Assembly: GCA_050745365.1 (NCBI GenBank) | Contig: JBOGJS010000130.1 | Location: 4,857 to 68,856 of the forward strand | Source: Terriglobia bacterium | GTDB lineage: Bacteria; Acidobacteriota; Terriglobia; UBA7540 | Direction: 5' to 3' | Length of the DNA stretch: 64,000 nucleotides | Part shown: piece after piece, positions 9,272 to 19,462 of the stretch | How positions within the stretch are numbered: position 1 is the stretch's first letter | How the letters are laid out: each line of letters starts with the position of its first letter | The notes under the pieces: model-generated | Database searches by the model: none | What the model was told of the DNA's origin: nothing | The model's input: only the letters and a program-made list of their open reading frames with translations | Made by a program: the position numbers and the translations under genes

Positions 9272-10363
9272 ATGGCCATCCAATTACCGCAGGCCGATTT
9301 TGACCGGCTTGTCGGCATCCTGAGCCAACACGGCGAGTGGCAGACAGTTCGTGGCCGGATCGACTTCATGGCAGATGTTTTCGCTGGGTCCCCGCGCAAG
9401 GCTGATATCCTGCCGCAACTGGACCTCGACGGCACCCCGCGCGGAACGTCGGTGCGGGTGGTTCAGCGGCTGAGCACGTTTGGGCAGGACCAGCCGGGCC
9501 GCGAGTCACTCGGCGTTCTGATCAACAAGCTCATCGCTTATCTCGGAGGCGGCGTCGACGCGGATTTCCTGCGGGCCGTGCTCGAGAGATATCTGTTGGA
9601 CACCCCTCCCGTTGCCGCACACAACGTCGCCGGCTGGCGCGGCCGGGAGACCGAGGAAGGCGTGGCCGAGAAGATCATCGGCGAGAACACCCTCCGGGAT
9701 ATCTACATGTTGGAAGTGCTGGTGGATCTCTCCCGTGCTGTCGCCCGCATCAGCGGTCCGGACGGCCTCGGCAGTGGATTCCTGATTGCCAGCGACCTGT
9801 TGATGACCAACCATCATGTTATCAGCACCGAAAAAGCGACAGAGAAGTGCTCCTTTCAGTTCAACTATCAGCTCGATCGCACCGGAAAAGCGCTACCCGT
9901 AGCTTCTGCCCGGGCTCGCGGTGGAGGCCTCTTCCGCACTAGCCCCATGGCGCCTCACAACGCCGCGCCGGGCGAACTCGATTTCACCGTCGTGCAGCTT
10001 ACGGACGTGCCGAAGGGGATCACACCGTTGACCCTTCGCCCCGATAACGTCAAGCGTGACGGCCGGTTGACCATCATTCAGCATCCCGGCGGTGATTACA
10101 AGAAGATCTCGCTCATGAACAACTTCGTTGAATATGTGGACCAAAATGTTGTGCAGTATACCACCAGCACCGAGCCCGGCTCCTCTGGCTCGCCGGTACT
10201 GAGCGATGACTTCCATGTGGTGGCAATCCATCACTCTGGGGGTAGCCTTCCCGAACCGGCCACCAAGCGCCGCTACCTTCGCAATGAGGGCATTCGGATG
10301 TCGGCAATCCTGAACGACCTGCGCGAGGCCGCGCCGCAGATCTACGAACGAGTAGTGAGGTAG
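9272..10363 (+). CDS. trypsin-like serine protease with N-terminal adaptor (effector-associated-domain-like) module
   Basis: Catalytic triad context LLMTNHHVIS (His), ELDFTVVQL (Asp), TEPGSSGSPVL (Ser). N-terminal ~108 aa are paralogous to the N-terminus of the next ORF. Confidence 0.8.
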   Translation: MAIQLPQADFDRLVGILSQHGEWQTVRGRIDFMADVFAGSPRKADILPQLDLDGTPRGTSVRVVQRLSTFGQDQPGRESLGVLINKLIAYLGGGVDADFLRAVLERYLLDTPPVAAHNVAGWRGRETEEGVAEKIIGENTLRDIYMLEVLVDLSRAVARISGPDGLGSGFLIASDLLMTNHHVISTEKATEKCSFQFNYQLDRTGKALPVASARARGGGLFRTSPMAPHNAAPGELDFTVVQLTDVPKGITPLTLRPDNVKRDGRLTIIQHPGGDYKKISLMNNFVEYVDQNVVQYTTSTEPGSSGSPVLSDDFHVVAIHHSGGSLPEPATKRRYLRNEGIRMSAILNDLREAAPQIYERVVR

Positions 10364-10365
10364 CG

Positions 10366-12612
10366 ATGACCATTGACTCTGACGGGCTCGCCGACATCCT
10401 GAGCCAAATCGACCCATGGGCCTCTGTTCAGGGCCGCATTCCCTTCATGACCGAAGTCCTCGCTGGTTCGCCGCGCAAGGGCAGCGTCTTCCCGAGGCTC
10501 AATCTCGACGGGTCGATGCGGGAGACGGCTGTGCGGGTGATTGCGGTGTTTGGCGGCTATGGGCAGGTCAAGCCGGATGACACAGATTTGCTCCGGAGGC
10601 TCATAAACAATCTCCTGCGGCACTTCGGCGAAGGTGAAGAAGCGGGCTTCCTCCGCGGGACGCTCGAACACATTGAGCATCCCGACGAGGTCACGCGACC
10701 CGCAGAGCCCGAAAGGACCGGCCCGCTGACAAACAAGCTCATGGATTACCTCGGTGGCGGTGACGACGCGGACTTCCTGCGCGATGTGCTCAACAAACGG
10801 CAGTTGCCGGCTGTCGAGGCCGCGGGCGAACGCGCTCATACGCATCTCGAGGAGGTGGTGCGGTCTGCAGAGTCTACCAGGACCCGTGGGCGGAAGCCGG
10901 AAGCGGGTAAGTTTCGCCGCCCCCAACGGGGACTTTATGTTGAAATTTGCTCTCCCGAAGCTAGGGAAAAGGCCTTCCGTCAGAATCAGCGCCGATACAA
11001 GCTGTTTGCGCAGAAGTTACTTGTTGACCACCAGATTCATTCGGACGGGCGAGTAGAGGTTACCTACGGGGTCGTCGGGCTACAGACGAAGCGCCGCTTG
11101 CGTGCTTTCGAACATCACATCAGGACGGATGGCCTGATACGCAATCTCCCTCTGGATATCGACGCGCGCCGGGAGGGCATGTACTGGCAGCTGCCTGATA
11201 AGCTTCATGAGAATGCAACCCCCGAGGAGAAGATTAGGGAGCTACAAGATCAAAACGGAAAAGTGTGTTTCAACCGTGACGTGGCGGGCCCAAAGGACAA
11301 GCTGACTTTCAGTATCCGCTATAATATCGTCAATGCATGTGCCATGTCAGACCGTGACTTCTCTCTCCTGTACCCACCTGGCAAGCCACAGAAGAATCTT
11401 GCCGATGAACTCTTGCAGGGCGAGGAATACATGTCAACCGACGTGTGGTTTCCTGTCAAGCAAGTCGAGATGAAGCTGCATTTGCCGCCAACGATTCGTG
11501 GGAACCCCCGGCTGGACGTGTTCCTGAACCCGGGTCTCGAGCAGAAAGAACTGGTTGAGGAACATGGAACCCTGAGGAAACGGGAGGCGGCTGAAAGATG
11601 GAAACGTGACACTTCTCTGAGGGAGAGCGACAAGCGCCGGTGGTTGCATCGAGGTGGGAACAAGTCCTGGGAGCTTAAGCTGGAATATCCGCCTGTCGGG
11701 TCCGCGTATGCCATTAACTGGATTGTGCCCAAGGCCAGCCAAACCATCCTCCCGGATTGGCTGGAAGCGGAGGCTCAAAGCTTTTGTCGACGACTCATGC
11801 GTTGTCGCGAGAGCCGGCGAGGTCAAGGCAGCCAACCCGACGAACTCGTCGACCAGGTGAAGAAAGAACTTGCTATGTTGTTCGACGCTTGTCACAAGCA
11901 GTTTCCTTGTGGTGAGGGTGATGAGATTTTTGAGGTCTCGCTGATGAGCTACGACGAGGGAGACAAAAGAATAAGGGTTGTCGAAGGTGATTGGAGGGAG
12001 GACCCTGAGATCGAGCGGCTGTATTTCGAGCTCGCCCTGCCGCCCGGTGTGGGTAATGCTGGGACCTGCTTCAAGACCGGCCAAATTTACATGTACGTTA
12101 AAGGAGAGCTCAGCGAGCAATTTAGTTACTACGTGCCTTTTGGACCTCCTGCCAAAGAGCATCAGGTCCTCATTTCAATCCCCTTGGATCATCCTCTGTT
12201 TGCGGCAACTGCGCGAGACGTGTTCAGCCGAAAGGAAAGTGATAAACGCTCTCGTCTGGATGGTGACTCACTTCGTTTCGACCGTAGACGCCAAACTGTG
12301 GGGGTTATGAATATCGGCTCGACATGCGCATCATCTTTCCTTCGAAGACTACATTCCGATGAGGATGACCACAGACGGCTAATGAGCGAACTCGAGTCGC
12401 TGTGCCAAAACGCCGTCAATCGAATCTGGAACCTAATTCCTTGGAGGCTTCCCCGCGTCGAAAGCAGCAGACCAGCATTCCCCGACGGCCTTGGCAAAGT
12501 TGATGACCTCTTGCAGGGTGGGGGCGGATGGAAGGAGCATGGTAGCGGGATGTACTCCATGGAGCCATCGCTGCGGGACATCGATCTCACGAAGACGACC
12601 TTCGGACAATAG
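10366..12612 (+). CDS. large protein: same N-terminal adaptor module, unknown central region, GAF-like C-terminal domain
   Basis: Starts 2 nt after the protease stop. aa 1-150 align with the protease N-terminus (ILSQ..W..V.GRI.FM..V.AGSPRK...P.L.LDG..R.T.VRV; NKLMDYLGGGDDADFLRDVL versus NKLIAYLGGGVDADFLRAVL). The C-terminal part has a GAF-like pattern (VGNAGTCFKTGQIYMYV ... VLISIPL ... VGVMNIGS). Confidence 0.65.
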   Translation: MTIDSDGLADILSQIDPWASVQGRIPFMTEVLAGSPRKGSVFPRLNLDGSMRETAVRVIAVFGGYGQVKPDDTDLLRRLINNLLRHFGEGEEAGFLRGTLEHIEHPDEVTRPAEPERTGPLTNKLMDYLGGGDDADFLRDVLNKRQLPAVEAAGERAHTHLEEVVRSAESTRTRGRKPEAGKFRRPQRGLYVEICSPEAREKAFRQNQRRYKLFAQKLLVDHQIHSDGRVEVTYGVVGLQTKRRLRAFEHHIRTDGLIRNLPLDIDARREGMYWQLPDKLHENATPEEKIRELQDQNGKVCFNRDVAGPKDKLTFSIRYNIVNACAMSDRDFSLLYPPGKPQKNLADELLQGEEYMSTDVWFPVKQVEMKLHLPPTIRGNPRLDVFLNPGLEQKELVEEHGTLRKREAAERWKRDTSLRESDKRRWLHRGGNKSWELKLEYPPVGSAYAINWIVPKASQTILPDWLEAEAQSFCRRLMRCRESRRGQGSQPDELVDQVKKELAMLFDACHKQFPCGEGDEIFEVSLMSYDEGDKRIRVVEGDWREDPEIERLYFELALPPGVGNAGTCFKTGQIYMYVKGELSEQFSYYVPFGPPAKEHQVLISIPLDHPLFAATARDVFSRKESDKRSRLDGDSLRFDRRRQTVGVMNIGSTCASSFLRRLHSDEDDHRRLMSELESLCQNAVNRIWNLIPWRLPRVESSRPAFPDGLGKVDDLLQGGGGWKEHGSGMYSMEPSLRDIDLTKTTFGQ

Positions 12613-12909
12613 AACGGTTCCGGGGCACGTCTCTTCCAGCCAGGTGATATTGTTGCGTGCCGTGAGGAAATCTACTCGCCGCCGCGCATCTTCTGTCGGG
12701 GTAAACTGAGACCACGCACCCCACATGGTTCGCTGACGATCCCGTGAATAAGGACTGGTGCCGTGTACGAGGGACGTATGTGGTATCGAAATTTGCCGAT
12801 AACTCAAACGAGGTGTTAACTCGAGATTGGGAGTGTGCGGGCTGTTGAGCGCTGAAGAGGCCCAAACCTCTATGCGTTCTTGAGCTGAGTCCACGGGCAC
12901 AGAATTAGG

Positions 12910-14523
12910 ATGAACAAGTCGTTAGATGCTTCCAAACAGAGGTTCAGAGCGCTCGCGATGGTCGACTTCGACCCGGCGCAATTCCGGCCCGCTGAGGCTA
13001 GCATTCAAGAAATGAACCTTCTCATAGAGGCGGCAGACGTGGCAGATCAGCTCTTCTGGCGCCAAACTTCGCCGCGTGCGAGCGCGCCCGAGTTGCTGGA
13101 ATTAGCAGGCGACGATCACGAACTAAAGGAAATGATACTCTTCCACCGGGGACCCTATGATCGGATGGACAACGATTCCCCATTGCTTCCGGTTGGCCCA
13201 AAACCGCTTGGAGCCGGATTTTATCCTCCCGATTTGAGCCGCGAGGAGTTCACCGCATACGTTCGGAAGCACCCGGATCGCAAGGTTTCTTTCGAGTCAC
13301 CCTACACGTTGATCAAGCGGGTCGACGGCTCGAACCTCGTAGCAGTCCCCTACCATAAAGCTTATCAGGAGCAGGTGATTGCCATCAGTAAGATTCTTGC
13401 CGAGGCCAGTCATTACGAGAGACACGGAGACTTTCGAGTGTTCCTGGTCCAAAGGGCGAAGGACCTGCTGACCGACGACTATTACGCTAGCGAAGCGGTG
13501 TGGGTCGGCCTTGAAGATAATCCCTTGGATCTGGTGATCGGACCGTACGAGGTCTACGAAGACCGGCTGCTAGGCTTCAAGGCGTCCTATGAAGCGATGA
13601 TCCTAGCGCGTGACCTAGCCGAATCCGCCAAGGTCGAGCACTTCCATGAGGAACTCCCGTCCCTGTGCCGCCGCCTTGAGCAAGAGACAGGAAGGCGACT
13701 GAACATCGAAACTACCCGCGTAGCGCTGTCGGTGGCTAACCTAGTATATGCGGGTGGAGATGCCCGCAAGGCGATTCCTGCCATCGCTTTCAACCTTCCC
13801 AATGACGAACGCATTATCGAAGAGGTCGGATGCAGGCAGGTGATTTTGAAGAACGTTCTGGAAGCCAAGTTCCGATTGGTAGACTGGCAGCTTCATCAGC
13901 GAGTGCTTGATCGACCACTCAAAGATGAAAATCTTGCTTTGTGTTGTTTCTCCGATCACATACTCCTCCACGAGATCTCGCACTCGATTGGACCCCACCG
14001 AATCACCAAGGACGGCGAACTGAGCACCGTCAATCGTTCTCTGAGGCAGCACCATTCAGTCCTGGAAGAGGCGAAGGCTGATACCCTAGCTGCCTGCTTC
14101 GTTCTCAATCGAAGCAACGAGTCCGATGCCCGGGCCTTCCTCGAAACATATGTGGCAGGACTCCTTCGCGCCATCCGGTTCGGCCTGAGTACGGCGCATG
14201 GCGGCGCTAACGCCATGCAATTCAACTTTCTCCTGCACGACGGCGGAATCGCGCTCCGCTCTGTACCGGCCAGGGTGTTGGTGGATCACGAAAAGGCTCG
14301 CAAATCTTTGATCCGCTTGGTTTCAGAAATTGTCGGTATTCAGGAGCGCGGTGATTTCGAGGCAGCCAGTCACCTAGTGGGCACGTTGTGTGCAATCAGT
14401 CCTGAGATGAGCCAACTCTTGGACCGAGTCGGTGATCTTCCGGTCGATATTCGTATCCGCTTTAAGGGCAAGCATGACTATCTTCCGGTTGAACAGCTCG
14501 CTGACCGTGCTGTGGCCACGTAG
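12910..14523 (+). CDS. zincin metallopeptidase, DPP-III (M49)-like
   Basis: 537 aa; HEISHSIGP (HExxH) followed by EEAKADTLA, the arrangement seen in DPP-III-like hydrolases. No signal peptide. Confidence 0.5.
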   Translation: MNKSLDASKQRFRALAMVDFDPAQFRPAEASIQEMNLLIEAADVADQLFWRQTSPRASAPELLELAGDDHELKEMILFHRGPYDRMDNDSPLLPVGPKPLGAGFYPPDLSREEFTAYVRKHPDRKVSFESPYTLIKRVDGSNLVAVPYHKAYQEQVIAISKILAEASHYERHGDFRVFLVQRAKDLLTDDYYASEAVWVGLEDNPLDLVIGPYEVYEDRLLGFKASYEAMILARDLAESAKVEHFHEELPSLCRRLEQETGRRLNIETTRVALSVANLVYAGGDARKAIPAIAFNLPNDERIIEEVGCRQVILKNVLEAKFRLVDWQLHQRVLDRPLKDENLALCCFSDHILLHEISHSIGPHRITKDGELSTVNRSLRQHHSVLEEAKADTLAACFVLNRSNESDARAFLETYVAGLLRAIRFGLSTAHGGANAMQFNFLLHDGGIALRSVPARVLVDHEKARKSLIRLVSEIVGIQERGDFEAASHLVGTLCAISPEMSQLLDRVGDLPVDIRIRFKGKHDYLPVEQLADRAVAT

Positions 14524-14612
14524 TCTAATCCTGCCATTTCACGCGAAACGAGGCGCTCTTGCGGATGGGTGAGGCGTCGCTGTATTCCAGCCAGGCTCAC
14601 CACTTGCAAGCG

Positions 14613-15080
14613 TCAATAAAGTATCTTGTTCGGCTTTTGTTTCCAGTACCGGAACGCTTCAAGCGCTTGCTCCCGCATCAGCTGCAACATCGGAAGGGAA
14701 CGGTCGCTGATTCGAAGCTTTAGCTGATCATAGATGAACGCATCAGAGAATCCGATATCCGCCGCGTCATTGCGAGTGGCAGCGTAAAAGATCCGGGCAG
14801 GTCTAGCCCAATAAAGTGCCCCCATGCACATCGGGCAAGGCTCACAGTTGGAATAGACTTCGCAGTTGGTAAGTTGAAAAGTCTTCAGCGTGGTGCAAGC
14901 ATCTCTTATGGCGACGATCTCCGCGTGTGCTGTGGGATCGTTGGCCGAGGTGACCCGATTCGTTCCGGTACCGACGATCTTACCCTCCTTCAGAACCAGG
15001 GCGGCAAAAGGCCCACCTGTACCGGTTCGTGCATTTTCCAGCGCCAGCTCAATGACTCTCGACATGATGGCATCTGACAT
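14613..15080 (-). CDS. guaD: guanine deaminase (CDA-fold, GuaD-type)
   Basis: 155 aa; HAEIVAIRDA and CEPCPMCMGALYWA zinc motifs. Overall collinear with my memory of Bacillus GuaD (GGPFGA...NDPTAHAE...FIY). Confidence 0.75.
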   Translation of the reverse strand: MSDAIMSRVIELALENARTGTGGPFAALVLKEGKIVGTGTNRVTSANDPTAHAEIVAIRDACTTLKTFQLTNCEVYSNCEPCPMCMGALYWARPARIFYAATRNDAADIGFSDAFIYDQLKLRISDRSLPMLQLMREQALEAFRYWKQKPNKILY

Positions 15081-15136
15081 GTTTACGTCGGTTCGACACT
15101 CCTTTCGTAACCGTGCTGTCCTCGGCTTGGGTTTGG

Positions 15137-15586
15137 CTACACTGATATGGGATTGCAGTTATCCTGATTTACTTCCTTCAGAGCTTCTATGATTTTTGCT
15201 CCAATTCCATCCAAAGTAGCAAAGGGCGCGCTGATCTGCTTCGTTGCGCTTTCGGTAAGCATCAGGTTGTAAGGGGCTACTGCGGGGTCATCAGCGGCAC
15301 GGAAGTCTGTGCGAAACACGACAACGGGGAGCTTTTGGTAGGCATATCCGACTTCCCAGCATGTCCCGCTGTCAGGGTCCGGGCCGTCCATATTTGCCAC
15401 CACAACCTCGGCCCAATGAATGCCTTCCATGTCTTTGAGAAAGATGTCACGAGCATTACGATTCGTGGGCTCTCTTTCCTGTGGTAACCATACCTCGTGT
15501 CCCGCCCCTTCCAAGATTTCTTTAAGGCGAGCATTGAATTCGCGGTCAGCCGCACTGAACAGCGGTCCTGCCAAGTACACCCTCAT
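15137..15586 (-). CDS. nucleoside 2-deoxyribosyltransferase family protein
   Basis: 149 aa; MRVYLAGPLFS N-terminus and DSGTCWEVGYA (catalytic Glu context), typical of this family. Confidence 0.75.
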   Translation of the reverse strand: MRVYLAGPLFSAADREFNARLKEILEGAGHEVWLPQEREPTNRNARDIFLKDMEGIHWAEVVVANMDGPDPDSGTCWEVGYAYQKLPVVVFRTDFRAADDPAVAPYNLMLTESATKQISAPFATLDGIGAKIIEALKEVNQDNCNPISV

Positions 15587-16214
15587 TCATGCCTCTCTTC
15601 TTTTCAAGTCTGAAAGGTCGTGATACCACCGGCGCAGTTAAGGGACACGTTCTCGATTACGTAGGTCGTTTGGGGACTGGCCGCCATATGCACAGAAGGG
15701 CTGGGTCTCCATTGCGAGAACCAGCTTCACTCTACACCGAGGACAGGTCATTTTGCGAACCGTATCGTATCACGGTCCGGGCATTCGTTCACTTTAGGGA
15801 TTAGTTAGGGAGCTCACGTTCGCGCGAGCCACTCAGCCGCGTCCGGCGCGTCGGAGCCGATCCTTGGCCGGAAGTCGCGGGCGCCGGCATCAAAGCGAAC
15901 GAAAGAAGAATGGCGGAGGCGATTGAATCCATTAGCCCCTTTCGGGCGGTATATCCATTTGCCCTTGAACTTAGAGCACGATTATTAGCGATTCCTGCTG
16001 TTATTTCCCCGCTATTGAGGTATTCAAACAAATGTTGCTTGACATTCACTTACCAGGGGTGATATACGCTCATCATCCATAGTTCTTACCTCAGTCGCTA
16101 TGGATTCCTTTAAAGACTAGCCCCGGGAAGTTGAGCCGGATAAGGGGGAGATTGTGGGGGGCAATTTCGAGTACGGAGCGGCCTACTCGGCATGCTCGCC
16201 GTCTAGGATAACGA

Positions 16215-16240
16215 ATAGTTACATTCCTACCAGTAACTAT
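16215..16240. promoter_or_regulatory. operator-like palindrome upstream of the secretin-like gene
   Basis: ATAGTTAC (16215-16222), 10-nt spacer, GTAACTAT (16233-16240): perfect 8-bp inverted repeat about 100 nt upstream of the GTG at 16344. Confidence 0.25.
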
Positions 16241-16343
16241 CAGTCCCCAACTCTTCAGGATAAGGTCTCAAGGCTCTAAGGATTCATTCGCGTCGACTGA
16301 AGGGTCCGCTGAACCTGCGAGGGGCAGGAAATGGAGATGGGTT

Positions 16344-19300
16344 GTGAAGAACAGAGAGAAGGCAGCCCTGGCGGGGCTGACTAGCACAAAGCAAGGTCTT
16401 GCGTTGTTGTGCGTTAGCCTCGTGCTTGTCGTCGTGCTCGGCTCCGGGGTGGCGCGTGCGCAGCAGGGGCAAAAGGCCCCAGCACCAAGCCCATCAAACG
16501 ACGTGCAGCCGTCGCCGCCTCAACAGCCGGCTCGATCCAAGACGAACAAGCCCCAGCAGTACAGCATCTCGGTTTCAATCAATAAGAGCACCCAGCAGAA
16601 GGCACAATCGAATCAAAAAACGCCTCAACCCGCGGGCCTGAACTTGAACATCGTAATGACGTGCACAATCGGGAAGGCCTTCTGCTCGAACAATCCGGCC
16701 TTTCCGTTGCCAGCCTATGTGGGCCCTAGCAGCCACTCGTGCCCGGTGCTCGCCCACACGCTTGCGGACAATGTGGCCGTCTTGGCGAGTCTCGCGGAGT
16801 TCCTGGCAGCCAACCTTATGCCGCAACCTCCTTATTCGTTAAGCGCCGCCGGCGATACTCTGATTATTTCTAGCTCCAGCTCACAGAATTCTCCCACCAA
16901 GCTGAAAACTCTGACAACTGAAATCGGAGCCTACCTGAATCTTCTAATCTCTGACCCGACCCTGATCCCACCTGTCCGGGTCGAGCTCCGGTTCCCTGAG
17001 ACCAGGCTCGCAGGAGGCAATGCGGTAACCGCACTGCAGAATGCCGCCGGGAGCGCCTTCTCCATTCAGCCGTTGACGAGCACCAGCGTCATCGTCACGG
17101 GGTCCGGTCCGTTTCCAGCTACATGCGGCCAGTGGACCAAGTTTTTCAAGACGGCGGGGGAGATTGCACGATCTGTTACCCAGAAAAGTCCCGTCTATCG
17201 GACTTATCAGATCGCCGCCAGCGACGCGGCGACGGCCTTGAGCGCCACCGCGCTGGCTCCCTCCGCGGGTGGTGGCAATCAGGGCCAGGCAGGTGGGAGT
17301 GGGAATGGAAACGCTATGGCTGGAGCCGCCGGGCCGGCGACCCAGAACAGTGCGCCCAAAACGAGCAGTTCCGGGGCAGGGACAGGAAGCAACAGCAGCG
17401 GGTCTCGAAGCTCCGGGCAGGGCAACGGATCATCTGGCGCAAGCGCGGCACAGCAGAACGCACAAGGCTCGCCGGCGAACAGCCAGGGAGCATCTCCGAG
17501 CGCCTCGGCCCCGTCCAGCAGTCCCGCAGTCAGTTTGCCGCTCGGGCATCCAGGTGACGATGTGGTGGTTTTCCCCAGCACCACGGACGGGGGGCAGATC
17601 GCTGAACGGCAGCGCATCCTGGCCGCCTTGGACCTGCCACGCCCGCAGATGCTCATCAACGGATGGGTGTTCCAGAGCTCGTCCAAAAGCGCAAGAAACT
17701 CGGTCGAATTCCGAAATCTCGTCGCTAACTTTGTGAATGAGCAAAATGATGAATTGCAAGAGGCCATTCTGACGGGATGGAGGGCGGTGAGCAAAGAGAT
17801 TCAATCCGAGGGCGTGGCAGGATTTTACGACCAGGACTTCACGAATTACATCAGGCAACGAAAGGCTTATGACCCGCTTGCAGAGAACACCCCAGCCCCT
17901 AATGCGCTTGCCCGAATCATCGGCGGAACGGGCGAGACTGACCCAAACCCGCCACCCAGCGCCGACTTCTGTTTGCCGGGGCAATATTGCCTCGGTTACA
18001 CGGGCCTGTTCGGCGAATCGCCGCAGCCGGGGCTCACGGATTTGCTGCTTACGTTCATCGCGGCCAAAGATCCGTGCGGGCAAATTAGCAAAGCAGTCGA
18101 TTTTGTGGAATTCCAACGTGCCGAAAATCCAGCATGCGTGGCGCCGAGCCTGAGCCTTCCCTCACTCTCAAATAGCGAGCAGAGAGAGCTGGCAAAGAGG
18201 CTCAACGTAGACTCTCCGCCGGCGAACCCCTCGTGCGATCAGCGCGATTTAGCGGATATCAACGCATATACCACACCCCCGGACCAACCACACTTGTTTC
18301 TGGAGTGTTTCCGCAAAAGCGCAAACACTTACCTGGACCCTGCAAACGGTGCGGTCGGAATCACCCGCGCAGCGCTGGCAGACTTTCTGTTCAACTACAA
18401 AATGAGCCAGATGTACCCGCTTGAATTCACGGCCTACGATCTGACCCAGAGCGCATCAAGCCTCAATCGAGCGATGGAACCGCTGATGGATGCCTTTAAC
18501 CGCGATATCGCTACCTTCCAGATTTATTGGCAGAGCCGGATGGCTTATGAAACGAAAAGCTTGATCAGCGAAAAGAATCTCGTCTACAGCGGCGTCATCT
18601 CCGTGCGGACTATTTCCGGCAACACCAGCTCGGCCATCACCACATCACAGAGCTTTCTTAACATCAGTTCAGCACCAGAATTAAGCACCATCCTGTCGAA
18701 CCTGGCGAGTGCCTCAACAGGCCCCCCTGGCGTCCTAAGAAATCTCACCGGAAACGAGTACCAGGTGCTGGCCGCCGCGTTGCAAAGTTACCAGACCAGC
18801 GAGGCGCAGATTGGGCGCTCGCTGAGCATTCAGGTGCAGCCGCGCAGCCTGGCCAATGCTTCGTCTGCAGAGATGGACGTGACTTTTCGTGCAGACGAGT
18901 CGGCCCCGCCGGCGCGCTGGAGTGATTCGGCGGCGGGCAAAACGTCTGGACCGGATCTGTCACGGATTGCCACAAGCGAAGTCACAACACACGTGCGCGT
19001 AGATTCGTTGAAATTGTTCGAGATCTCCTCAACGGCGGCAATTCTACGCGCGGGTCGGGAAAAGATCCCGCTGCTGCCGCCCGCCGTTGAGCTTCCCTAT
19101 ATTGGAACGTTGATCGGATGGCCGTTAAAGCCCGCGGAGAGCTATCAGACGAGCACAGCCATACTGAGCGCAGTGGTGATGCCCACCGCAACCGATCTCG
19201 CGAATGGTCTACGTTTTCGTGCGGATCTCGTCCTTGAGCCCTTCGATGACCCGGCGAAGCACCCGACTTGCAGCATCAGCGTCGATCCGAAACATCCCGT

Positions 19301-19460
19301 CCCTCCTTGCCGCGTGAGGAACGCCGTTTCTCTGAGCGATCTGGGCGGGGGCTCGCGCCTGCGAGAATTCAATCGCCGGATGGTCGAATGCTATGCGAGT
19401 GGCGGAACGGCGTGCTTCAGTGATCTGAGCTTCAAAACGGTTCTCGCGCCGGGGAACTGA
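16344..19460 (+). CDS. secreted 1038-aa protein with divergent secretin-like features
   Basis: Signal peptide (LALLCVSLVLVVVLGSGVARAQQ); long Q/S/G/P low-complexity linkers. VVVFPSTTDGGQIAERQRILAALDLPRPQMLINGWVFQ resembles the N-domain/secretin-domain junction (..LD.P..QVlIe..i.E). C-terminal EKIPLLPPAVELPYIGTLIGWPLKP...TAILSAVVMPTA resembles the secretin K-V-P-L-L..IP.LG.LF...L.IF.TP motif. Confidence 0.5.
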   Translation: MKNREKAALAGLTSTKQGLALLCVSLVLVVVLGSGVARAQQGQKAPAPSPSNDVQPSPPQQPARSKTNKPQQYSISVSINKSTQQKAQSNQKTPQPAGLNLNIVMTCTIGKAFCSNNPAFPLPAYVGPSSHSCPVLAHTLADNVAVLASLAEFLAANLMPQPPYSLSAAGDTLIISSSSSQNSPTKLKTLTTEIGAYLNLLISDPTLIPPVRVELRFPETRLAGGNAVTALQNAAGSAFSIQPLTSTSVIVTGSGPFPATCGQWTKFFKTAGEIARSVTQKSPVYRTYQIAASDAATALSATALAPSAGGGNQGQAGGSGNGNAMAGAAGPATQNSAPKTSSSGAGTGSNSSGSRSSGQGNGSSGASAAQQNAQGSPANSQGASPSASAPSSSPAVSLPLGHPGDDVVVFPSTTDGGQIAERQRILAALDLPRPQMLINGWVFQSSSKSARNSVEFRNLVANFVNEQNDELQEAILTGWRAVSKEIQSEGVAGFYDQDFTNYIRQRKAYDPLAENTPAPNALARIIGGTGETDPNPPPSADFCLPGQYCLGYTGLFGESPQPGLTDLLLTFIAAKDPCGQISKAVDFVEFQRAENPACVAPSLSLPSLSNSEQRELAKRLNVDSPPANPSCDQRDLADINAYTTPPDQPHLFLECFRKSANTYLDPANGAVGITRAALADFLFNYKMSQMYPLEFTAYDLTQSASSLNRAMEPLMDAFNRDIATFQIYWQSRMAYETKSLISEKNLVYSGVISVRTISGNTSSAITTSQSFLNISSAPELSTILSNLASASTGPPGVLRNLTGNEYQVLAAALQSYQTSEAQIGRSLSIQVQPRSLANASSAEMDVTFRADESAPPARWSDSAAGKTSGPDLSRIATSEVTTHVRVDSLKLFEISSTAAILRAGREKIPLLPPAVELPYIGTLIGWPLKPAESYQTSTAILSAVVMPTATDLANGLRFRADLVLEPFDDPAKHPTCSISVDPKHPVPPCRVRNAVSLSDLGGGSRLREFNRRMVECYASGGTACFSDLSFKTVLAPGN

Positions 19461-19462
19461 CC

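Noticed and set aside
12433-12900. 155-aa minus-strand ORF with a faint PhyH/2OG-dioxygenase-like stretch (SLVHGTSPYSRDRQR), overlapping the 3' end of the 10366 gene
   Set aside because: Only one short motif-like stretch is present and there is no start context. It overlaps the terminal 180 nt of a long, well-supported ORF. It may be a gene remnant, but I cannot support that.
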